A DNA stretch of 64,000 nucleotides from a virus. The translations under genes and the position numbers were made by a program. Of this stretch, positions 21,012 to 29,339 are shown piece after piece. The notes beneath the pieces are model-generated. The model worked only from the letters and a program-made list of their open reading frames with translations, had not been told where the DNA came from and did not search any database. Location of the stretch: IMG/VR virus record IMGVR_UViG_3300032294_002964, positions 28,078 through 92,077 of that record. One strand, given 5' to 3'. The number at the start of each line of letters is the position of its first letter. Position 1 is the stretch's first letter.

Positions 21012-21790
21012 TACCTTTTAACCATGTAGAAGAAGCTTGAGTTTGATTGACCTTTTATTTCTTCTTCAACTTCTTTTATTTCTTCATTTCCCTGTGTAAT
21101 CATATCAGCAGAATTTATCTTAACACCACCTGGTAAAGTGTAGTCATATCTACCAGTTAAATTACCATATTGTTTCTTAGCCCAACCGGTTACCCACTTT
21201 ACAAATAAATCATCCTTGAATAAGTATTCAGGTCTTATATTAGCATAACCTTCAATCACAACATCATATTTTACATTTGTTAAAATGTGTAATCTATGTT
21301 GCAATTGATTAAAGTGATATTTAAGTGTATATTTATTTAATTGATTCAACATATCAGACATCGAATCAAGTATTGTTTTATAAACACCTAACTCACCTAT
21401 TGTTGTTACATATGATGATAGATATGGTTGATTAGTAACACCAAGGTTTACAGATAGGTTTGGTGTGTTTATACCTAATTGTAATAAGCTCTGTGATCTA
21501 ACTTCGTATAAATATGAAATAGTTTGTATCTCACAAGGCACATTAACATATCTATACTTTGTAAATTCTTCTGTTTGAAATGCTTCTTGATGTATCATAA
21601 AATACATTTTTTGAACAGCATACTGATAATTTCTATAAAAATAAGGAAGTGCCCTTGTTTCTATAATTCTTCGGATTTCAGAATCTGGTAAAACTTTTGG
21701 AAGTGCACAACCCACCGTTATTTCATTTTGAACGAAGTCTATTAATTCTTCAATGGTATATCCATCATTGTATGGTACATATTCATCCAT
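21011..21790 (-). CDS. neck/head-completion protein, T4 gp13-like
   Basis: AKKQYGNL...YTLPGGVKIN...EIKEVEEEI matches the gp13-type C-terminus; TAATATATA upstream. Confidence 0.65.
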   Translation of the reverse strand: MDEYVPYNDGYTIEELIDFVQNEITVGCALPKVLPDSEIRRIIETRALPYFYRNYQYAVQKMYFMIHQEAFQTEEFTKYRYVNVPCEIQTISYLYEVRSQSLLQLGINTPNLSVNLGVTNQPYLSSYVTTIGELGVYKTILDSMSDMLNQLNKYTLKYHFNQLQHRLHILTNVKYDVVIEGYANIRPEYLFKDDLFVKWVTGWAKKQYGNLTGRYDYTLPGGVKINSADMITQGNEEIKEVEEEIKGQSNSSFFYMVKR

Positions 21791-21875
21791 AGGTTTGGTC
21801 TATATTTTATTTATATATTAAATCAAACAAATCAACTTAGAACATACTATAAATAGTAAAATATTTTTAAATTTA

Positions 21876-22991
21876 ATGAAGACTATTGGACTATGTATGA
21901 TTGTAAAAGACGAATCTCATGTTATAACGAGATGTCTAGACTCAGTAAAAAGACTATTAGATTATGTTCTTATTGTAGATACTGGTTCGATTGACGGAAC
22001 GCCTCAAGTTATTTATAACTGGTTATCTCAAAATCAAATTCCAGGTGAGGTTATAATAGAGCCTTGGAAAAACTTTGCATATAATAGAAGTTTTGCTTTA
22101 AAGAAACTTAGAGAAAAAGAAGATATCGACTATGCTTTAATGATAGATGCTGATGAAATTTTAGTATTTGAGAATGATTTTAATGTAGAAATTTTTAAGT
22201 CAAGTTTATACGCAGACATATATGACATATTAACAAATATGGGAGGATTTACATATAATAGACCAACTTTAACATCGAATAGAAGAAATTCAAGATACGA
22301 GGGAGTTGTTCACGAGTTTTTAGCAATGGATGATGGTGGATCAAAAGACTCAGCAAGGGGATTTTATAATTGCCCTATACAAGATAGTGCTAGAAATAGA
22401 AGTTCTAATAAATTTTTAAAAGATGCTGAACTTCTAGAAGAGGCTCTAAAAGATCCAGAATTAAGTGATTGGTTTAGATCAAGGTATACTTTTTATTTAG
22501 CACAGTGCTATAGAGATGGTGGTAAACCAGAGTTATCTTTAGAAAGATACTTAGAAAGATCAAAACAAGGGTTCTGGGAAGAAGAAGTTTACATGAGTCT
22601 TTATACAGCAGCTAACTTAATGAAGGGTTTAAATTATTCTAAAGAAAAAGTTTTACAGACATATATGGAAGCACATGAGGCTCTACCATATAGAGCAGAG
22701 GCTATTCACGGTGCAATTAATTACTGTCGATACAATGGATTAAATCAACAAGGATACATTTTAGGCAAGCATGCTATTACAATAAAATGTCCCGAAAATT
22801 CACTTTTTGTAGAAAAGTGGATTTATGACTACGGAATATTAGATGAATTTTCTATTTTAGCTTTTTGGGCTGGAAATTTTCAAGAATCTAAAGAAGCATG
22901 TGAAAGACTACTGTTTGAAAATAAAATACCCGACCATTATGTTGATCGGGTTAAATCTAATTTACAGTTTGCAATTGATAGACTTAGTTAA
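21876..22991 (+). CDS. GT2 family glycosyltransferase with TPR region
   Basis: LCMIVKDE, VDTGSIDGT, IDADE, GVVHE, FYLAQCYRD. Confidence 0.9.
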   Translation: MKTIGLCMIVKDESHVITRCLDSVKRLLDYVLIVDTGSIDGTPQVIYNWLSQNQIPGEVIIEPWKNFAYNRSFALKKLREKEDIDYALMIDADEILVFENDFNVEIFKSSLYADIYDILTNMGGFTYNRPTLTSNRRNSRYEGVVHEFLAMDDGGSKDSARGFYNCPIQDSARNRSSNKFLKDAELLEEALKDPELSDWFRSRYTFYLAQCYRDGGKPELSLERYLERSKQGFWEEEVYMSLYTAANLMKGLNYSKEKVLQTYMEAHEALPYRAEAIHGAINYCRYNGLNQQGYILGKHAITIKCPENSLFVEKWIYDYGILDEFSILAFWAGNFQESKEACERLLFENKIPDHYVDRVKSNLQFAIDRLS

Positions 22992-24036
22992 AATTAGGTG
23001 ATTCTTTTAATTTAGATAGAATTTCTCTCTCACTCGTCGAGATGTTTTGAGGAATCTTTATATTCATTCTGATAAATAAATCACCAATTGCACCTCTTAG
23101 ATTAAGATCTGGAACACCCTTTCCTTGAAATCTCAGTACCTTTCCATGTTCAGTTCCAGGTTGAACTGAGAAGCTCATTTCACCATGTGGTGTTGATATT
23201 TTATATTCCTTTCCTAAAATTGCATCGATAACTGAAACATATTGATCATAAACTAAATTATTATTTTCTCTTTTAAAAAAAGGATCTTGTTTCTCTTCTA
23301 TGTGAATAATTAAGTCACCTGGTTGTCCTAACTTTATCCAATTTCCCATTTGATTCATTGATAAGTTTACACCACCAACTGCACCACTTGGTATTTTTAT
23401 ATCTACTGTTTCTTCTTTAGGAACAGTTCCCTGACCTCTACAATTATTACAATTTGTTTTAGTAATTTGTCCGTGACCATTGCAAGAGGTACAATTAATT
23501 ATCTGTTGAATTGTACCAAATGGAGTTTGTTGAACAACTCTTCTTTGTCCAGTTCCTTGACAAATACCACAATTTGTTAAATCTCTACCACCATACCCAT
23601 CGCAAGTATTACACTTAACTTGTCTTGTATATCTAAGTGTTTTATCAACACCTTTTATAATATCACCGATAGTTACATCAACTTTTATTCTAAGATCGTT
23701 TCCTCTTCTATTTTGTCTTTGAGAATTCATATTTCCAAATCCAAAAATATCACCAAATCTTGAAAAGATATCATCCATTCCGAATCCACCAAATGGACTT
23801 CCACCTCCTCCAAAATTACCACCTACAGAACCATATGTGTCATATTCTTGTTTCTTTTGTGGATCTGATAATACATCAAATGCCTCAGCACATTCTTTAA
23901 ACTTTTCTTCAGCTGTAGAATCACCTGGATTTTTATCCGGATGATACTTCATAGCCATCTTTCTATATGATTTTTTTATTTCATCAGCTGATGATCCTCT
24001 ATCAACTTCAAGTATTTGATAATAATCTTTACTCAT
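22984..24036 (-). CDS. dnaJ: chaperone DnaJ
   Basis: J domain with HPD, G/F-rich region, four CxxCxGxG repeats. Confidence 0.95.
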   Translation of the reverse strand: MSKDYYQILEVDRGSSADEIKKSYRKMAMKYHPDKNPGDSTAEEKFKECAEAFDVLSDPQKKQEYDTYGSVGGNFGGGGSPFGGFGMDDIFSRFGDIFGFGNMNSQRQNRRGNDLRIKVDVTIGDIIKGVDKTLRYTRQVKCNTCDGYGGRDLTNCGICQGTGQRRVVQQTPFGTIQQIINCTSCNGHGQITKTNCNNCRGQGTVPKEETVDIKIPSGAVGGVNLSMNQMGNWIKLGQPGDLIIHIEEKQDPFFKRENNNLVYDQYVSVIDAILGKEYKISTPHGEMSFSVQPGTEHGKVLRFQGKGVPDLNLRGAIGDLFIRMNIKIPQNISTSEREILSKLKESPNFN

Positions 24037-24080
24037 ATTTTAATTATTCTTTTTATTTTATTTTAACAAAAATTATACCA

Positions 24081-24611
24081 CTATATACTTAGATGTCTGG
24101 ATAATTTTATATCTCTAATTTCTTTTTTCATCTCATCAACTGAAATAGAAGCTAAATAACTAATTTTAGATCCTATATAATCTTCTACTATTAAGGTTAG
24201 AATTTCAGAATTAGTATCAATATTTTCAAAGTCATTTAATTTATCATGATTTTTTAAAAATTTATTTGATAAGAACTCCAAAAATTCTCTTAAATTAAAT
24301 TGCAATTGATACAATTCAAGTCTATAGTTATGTATCTCACCCGGTACTGATGAGAAAATACCTGGCTTATTAATAAAAAACATAGAATAAGCTCTTCTAA
24401 GAGTCGGTAGTATATACTCAATTGGACTATTAGAGTTCTCTATTTTTTTATAGAAAACTGGATCGGTAAATAAATCATAGTGTAAAGTTGTGGAGTCTTT
24501 AAATAACTCTTTAAGGTGTTTAACATCCTCTGTGTTATTTATTCCTCCACACAATGTGCTATAAAGAATCTCATTATCTAAGTCCTTTAATGATTTAAAG
24601 TCACCACTCAT
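24081..24611 (-). CDS. hypothetical protein with C-terminal motif
   Basis: Ends IRDIKLSRHLSI. Confidence 0.6.
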   Translation of the reverse strand: MSGDFKSLKDLDNEILYSTLCGGINNTEDVKHLKELFKDSTTLHYDLFTDPVFYKKIENSNSPIEYILPTLRRAYSMFFINKPGIFSSVPGEIHNYRLELYQLQFNLREFLEFLSNKFLKNHDKLNDFENIDTNSEILTLIVEDYIGSKISYLASISVDEMKKEIRDIKLSRHLSI

Positions 24612-25111
24612 TTTGATAAAATAACTTTTGGATATCTAAATGGCTTACCATTTATTGTATATCCTTTTGATACAACATCAATTATTTTTTTCTCACCAGT
24701 CTCTAACATTGAAACCACCTCGTGTAAATCAGAATCGTATGTCTCTGTTTGAATTTCTTCAATTCCTTGATTTTTCAAAAAATTATGAACTTTATTAAGA
24801 ATAATATTAATTCCCTCAGATTCACCAATTGATTTTTTTGCTATGTGTAAATCATTATCTAAATCAAGAATTGAATTTAACATTTTACCCTTAGTGCTAA
24901 TTACTAATTCTTCTTTTTCTTTTTGAACACGCTTCTTATAGTTTTCAAATTCAGCATAGAGTCTCATGTATGAGTCTTTTGATTTAATCTCAGCATACTC
25001 ATCCATTATCTCATTTAAAACTAATTCACCTGCTTCATCGTGAATAATTTTGAACTTCTTATTATCCTCACCAAGAAGTTTCTTTTCTCTTAAAAATTCT
25101 ACTGTATCCAT
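24608..25111 (-). CDS. grpE: nucleotide exchange factor GrpE
   Basis: RLYAEFENYKKR, YDSDLHEVV, KGYTINGKPFRYPKV. Confidence 0.9.
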   Translation of the reverse strand: MDTVEFLREKKLLGEDNKKFKIIHDEAGELVLNEIMDEYAEIKSKDSYMRLYAEFENYKKRVQKEKEELVISTKGKMLNSILDLDNDLHIAKKSIGESEGINIILNKVHNFLKNQGIEEIQTETYDSDLHEVVSMLETGEKKIIDVVSKGYTINGKPFRYPKVILSK

Positions 25112-25112
25112 A

Positions 25113-25598
25113 TTAATAATTAAATGAAAGTAATTTTTTTACATTATTTGAAACAACAAACTCATAAGTACCAAATTGGTCAGATACTTTCTGAACATCT
25201 AATTTTTCTATTTTAATTTTGAAATCATCGATGTAGTCAACAAGCTCTGATAATGACTGCTTATATACACTGTTTGGAATCCAATAGTCTGGAAACTTAT
25301 CTAAGAACTTATCTACAAAAATTTCTAATGCTTTTTTTCTAATCAATACTTGATTATTGTTATTTATAGACTTATTAGCTAGGAAATCTACAAGATAAGT
25401 ATTAAACTTATGTATTAAGTTATCGGTCTCAATCACCTTTAATAATCCAACAACTAATGCGTCTCTTTCTGATATTTCAAATTCTTTATTCTCTTTTAAT
25501 ATTTTTTCACCTTCTTTGTCAGATCCAACTACATAGTAAACATAGTGATCCCAAAGGCATCTTCGTACCAAATCTTCTGGTGTAACTTTTATATTCAT
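25113..25598 (-). CDS. hypothetical protein
   Basis: First gene of the grpE-dnaJ run; AAC-N18-TATAA at 25622-25648. Confidence 0.6.
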   Translation of the reverse strand: MNIKVTPEDLVRRCLWDHYVYYVVGSDKEGEKILKENKEFEISERDALVVGLLKVIETDNLIHKFNTYLVDFLANKSINNNNQVLIRKKALEIFVDKFLDKFPDYWIPNSVYKQSLSELVDYIDDFKIKIEKLDVQKVSDQFGTYEFVVSNNVKKLLSFNY

Positions 25599-25754
25599 TA
25601 ACGGATATTATAATTTTATATTTATAAGGCTAAATAAGGCAAAAGTTGAATATTAAAATCATCTGAAAAAACTTTGAAAAAATCACATTTTTAATAAAAA
25701 AAATGTTATATATAACATATTATAAAAATAACAAAAAAATAACATTTAAATGAG

Positions 25755-25988
25755 TTGAAAGACCTTATCCAAACTGAGGTTGACACACCTGACGGTGTGG
25801 GCCTCCTTGAACAAATTTACGTGACTGAACTTGGTCATGTTATGGCAAGAATTTATTACAGAAAAAAAGGTATCTGGATAAATAAAAAAATTACATCTCT
25901 CAATTCACTTTTAGAAGGAACTGGTATAATCTCTACAGGTGAATATAAGGTCAAAAAAAGTAAATTACATAAAACTAATTATGGCTGA
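25755..25988 (+). CDS. small hypothetical protein
   Basis: 77 aa, TTG start, fills an intergenic gap. Confidence 0.5.
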   Translation: MKDLIQTEVDTPDGVGLLEQIYVTELGHVMARIYYRKKGIWINKKITSLNSLLEGTGIISTGEYKVKKSKLHKTNYG

Positions 25989-26010
25989 CTGACAAATCAA
26001 CTTAAAGATT

Positions 26011-26019
26011 TAATATATA
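26011..26019 (+). promoter_or_regulatory. putative phage late promoter TAATATATA
   Basis: One representative of about 15 copies placed just upstream of gene starts. Confidence 0.55.
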
Positions 26020-26041
26020 AATAAAATTATTTAACTATTAA

Positions 26042-27280
26042 ATGATTAGTTATTCAGAATATTTACTTGAAAAAAAGCTAGAAAAACTCTTTGAGTCTAA
26101 TATTAAGTTCTCAAAGGGTTTTTTGGGTGCATTAAACTCCATAGATACACCATTATCTAAAAAAATAATGTCATTGCAAAATAATGATGTTGATGTTCAA
26201 TACAACTATATTGATGTTACTGAAGAAAATGATAGTGTGAGTTTCACACCTGATAGAAAAGCTCAAGAAATAATAGCTGGTAAAGAAGAAGTATATAAAG
26301 TGGTTGATAGTGGAAGATATTTAACAAATTCTGAAAGAAATCAACATATCTATGATAGACTAAATCATGAAAGACCTGAAAGTGTTTATCAACCAGAGGT
26401 TGGAACAGTTGGTAAAATATTAGGTGAAACTACTGGAACAACTGGTAAAATATACTGTCTTTTTGAGTGTACGAGTGAGGGTGATAAAGGTAAAAGAACA
26501 ATTATAAACAAAGAGGCTTTAGAGTCTTATGATGCCAGCTTTGACAAAGTTTGGAGCACAAGTAGAAATAAGATAAAAATAGGAAGAGTTATTAGAGCTC
26601 TTCTTAGAGCAGCTGGTATCCAATCAAATGATGCTGAAATTGAAAAGTTTGTAAATCAATACAAATCTACAATTGATATTATCAATGACGCATTCAATAA
26701 ATTTGATGTTGTCAAGGCTTTTGATATTATACACTGGTACAATTATGAAAATTATACTTATGGGACAAATAAGGGGACTTTAGGAAGTTCTTGTATGGCA
26801 GAAGTTCCAGATTCTTGGCTTTATATTTATAGAGCTAATCCAGATATTTGTAATTTGGTTATACTATATGATGAAAGTGGTAAAATCCAAGATGGTAAAT
26901 ATAAATCTGAAAAGATAATAGGAAGAGCACTTCTTTGGACAACAAGAGATGGATATAAATTCATGGATAGAATTTACACTGCAAAAGATAGTGATATTGA
27001 TCTATTCAAAAAATTTGCAGATAGAAATGGCTGGTGGTCTAAAAGAAATCAAAATTCAGGAAGCGGATTTTCAATTGAAAAGGGCGCTGAGGTTAAAAGT
27101 ACACCAACTATAATAGTTGATCTTCAAAAATGGGATGATGAATTTCCATATCTTGATTCACTCATGTATTTAAATAATGAAACTGGTGAAATTTCAAACG
27201 ATGGTGAATCTATAAAAGCAAATTATCTATTACAAAGTACAAGTGGTGGATATGATGAAATAGAAGAGGATGATTATTAA
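26042..27280 (+). CDS. conserved phage protein with N-terminal leader
   Basis: MISYSEYLLE; enzyme-like blocks GTLGSSCM, IGRALLW, FMDRIY, FPYLDS; function unknown. Confidence 0.65.
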   Translation: MISYSEYLLEKKLEKLFESNIKFSKGFLGALNSIDTPLSKKIMSLQNNDVDVQYNYIDVTEENDSVSFTPDRKAQEIIAGKEEVYKVVDSGRYLTNSERNQHIYDRLNHERPESVYQPEVGTVGKILGETTGTTGKIYCLFECTSEGDKGKRTIINKEALESYDASFDKVWSTSRNKIKIGRVIRALLRAAGIQSNDAEIEKFVNQYKSTIDIINDAFNKFDVVKAFDIIHWYNYENYTYGTNKGTLGSSCMAEVPDSWLYIYRANPDICNLVILYDESGKIQDGKYKSEKIIGRALLWTTRDGYKFMDRIYTAKDSDIDLFKKFADRNGWWSKRNQNSGSGFSIEKGAEVKSTPTIIVDLQKWDDEFPYLDSLMYLNNETGEISNDGESIKANYLLQSTSGGYDEIEEDDY

Positions 27281-27284
27281 AAAT

Positions 27285-27314
27285 AAAAAAACCCACTCAA
27301 ATGAGTGGGTTTTT
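27285..27314. terminator. bidirectional intrinsic terminator
   Basis: AAAAAAACCCACTCA-aa-TGAGTGGGTTTTT between convergent genes. Confidence 0.85.
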
Positions 27315-27318
27315 AGTT

Positions 27319-29190
27319 TTACTTAACTTCTTCAAAGTTTATGTCTTCTGCTTGAGGTTGACCATCTTGTTGTGGTTCTTGAGTAGAAGCCTGTGAATAC
27401 AAGTTTGTACTAATTTTATTCCAAGATTCATTTAGTTTTTCCATCTCAGAATCAATCTTAGTAATATCTTGATCTTTATGAGCTGTTCTCAATTCATTTA
27501 AAATTGAGTTCAACTCAGTCTTATCATCTTCGGTCAATTTCTCATCAAACTCTTTAATTTGTTTTTCTGTTTGGAAAATCATATTATCAGCTTGATTTAA
27601 TTTATCTACTTTCTCTTTCTCAAGTCTATCAGATTCAGCATTTGCTTCAGCTTCCGCCTTCATTCTTTCGATTTCTTCTTTAGAAAGTTGAGATCCACCT
27701 TCAATTCGTATTTTATTTTCTTTACCAGTTGCCTGATCTTTTGCAGTTACTGAAAGTATGCCATTAGCATCAATGTCAATTGTACATTCAATTTTTGGAA
27801 CACCGCGAGGTGCTGACATGATTCCATCAAGATGGAATCTACCAAGTGAACGATTATCACGAGCCATTGGTCTTTCACCTTGTAGTACATGTATTTCTAC
27901 GGAAGGTTGGTTATCAGATGCTGTAGAGAATACTTCAGATTTACGAGTTGGTATAGTAGTGTTAGCTTCAATTAGTTTTGTAAATACACCACCCATAGTC
28001 TCAATACCTAAAGAAAGTGGAGTAACATCTAAAAGAAGGACATCAGTGATGTTTCCAGTTAATACTGCTCCTTGAATAGCCGCTCCAATAGCAACAACTT
28101 CATCAGGATTTACAGATTTATTTGGCTTTTTACCAAAATTTTTCTCAATTGCCTCTTGAATTGATGGAATTCTTGTTGACCCACCAACTAAAATAATTTC
28201 ATCAATGTCTGATGCCTTTATCTTTGCATTTGTGAGTGCATTTTTAGCACATTGAATAGCTCTATCAACAAGTGATGATGTCAATTGTTCAAATTTAGAC
28301 CTTGTCATTTTCTTAACAAAGTGTAGAGGCATTCCATCTTTTGCAGTAATATAAGGAAGATTAATTTCACTTTCTGTTGTTGAACTTAATTCAATCTTAG
28401 CTTTCTCAGCGGCATCTTTTAATCTTTGAAGGGCCATTGGATCTTTAGAAAGATCCATTGAGTTTTCAGATTTAAACTCTTCAACCATCCAGTTAATAAT
28501 AGCATTGTCGAAATCGTCACCACCTAAGTGAACATCACCATCAGTAGATTTTACTTCAAAAACACCGTCACCGATTTCAAGTACTGATACATCGTGTGTA
28601 CCACCACCACAGTCAAATACTAAAATTTTAGCATCTTTATTCTTTTTATCAAGGCCATATGCCAAAGCTGCAGCAGTTGGTTCATTGATAATACGCTCAA
28701 CTTCAAGACCAGCTATTTTACCAGCCTCAATAGTTGCAGTTCTTTCAGCATCTCCAAAATATGCGGGTACAGTAATAACTGCTCTTGTAACTTCGTGACC
28801 AAGATAGTCCTCTGCAGTTTTTTTCATTTTTTGAAGAATCATCGCTGAAATTTCCTGAGGAGTATACTTGCGATCATCGATTTGAACTGCCGGAACATTA
28901 TTACCAGTTTTAACTACTTTATAAGGTACTCTTTTGATTTCATCTGTGCAGATTGAAAAATCCTTACCAATGAATCTCTTAATAGAGTAAACTGTTTTTT
29001 CTGGGTTAGTTACTGCCTGTCTTTTGGCAGGATCTCCGATTTTACGATCTTTGTCAGTAAATCCAACAACTGATGGTGTTGTTCTCTTACCTTCTGAATT
29101 TGTGATTACAATTGGGTCATTTCCTTCAACCACAGCTACAGCACTGTTTGTGGTTCCCAAATCAATTCCTATAATTACGTTTTTGCTCAT
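27319..29190 (-). CDS. dnaK: chaperone DnaK (Hsp70)
   Basis: [43 protein letters not shown]. Confidence 0.98.
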   Translation of the reverse strand: MSKNVIIGIDLGTTNSAVAVVEGNDPIVITNSEGKRTTPSVVGFTDKDRKIGDPAKRQAVTNPEKTVYSIKRFIGKDFSICTDEIKRVPYKVVKTGNNVPAVQIDDRKYTPQEISAMILQKMKKTAEDYLGHEVTRAVITVPAYFGDAERTATIEAGKIAGLEVERIINEPTAAALAYGLDKKNKDAKILVFDCGGGTHDVSVLEIGDGVFEVKSTDGDVHLGGDDFDNAIINWMVEEFKSENSMDLSKDPMALQRLKDAAEKAKIELSSTTESEINLPYITAKDGMPLHFVKKMTRSKFEQLTSSLVDRAIQCAKNALTNAKIKASDIDEIILVGGSTRIPSIQEAIEKNFGKKPNKSVNPDEVVAIGAAIQGAVLTGNITDVLLLDVTPLSLGIETMGGVFTKLIEANTTIPTRKSEVFSTASDNQPSVEIHVLQGERPMARDNRSLGRFHLDGIMSAPRGVPKIECTIDIDANGILSVTAKDQATGKENKIRIEGGSQLSKEEIERMKAEAEANAESDRLEKEKVDKLNQADNMIFQTEKQIKEFDEKLTEDDKTELNSILNELRTAHKDQDITKIDSEMEKLNESWNKISTNLYSQASTQEPQQDGQPQAEDINFEEVK

Positions 29191-29217
29191 ATAATTTATT
29201 TTTTTATAACTTGATTT

Positions 29218-29290
29218 TCAAATTGTATGCCAAAAATTTAAATTAGTTTATTTTACTACATTTGACACATTGATATGACATTTTGTCATA
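29218..29290 (-). promoter_or_regulatory. sigma54-like -24/-12 element plus TATGACA-N3-TGTCATA palindrome upstream of dnaK
   Basis: Minus strand TTGGCATACAATTTGA (29218-29233); palindrome at 29274-29290. Confidence 0.5.
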
Positions 29291-29339
29291 TTCATTTACA
29301 GTAGATTATTCTATGAAAAAAATAATTAAAAGTTTAAAT

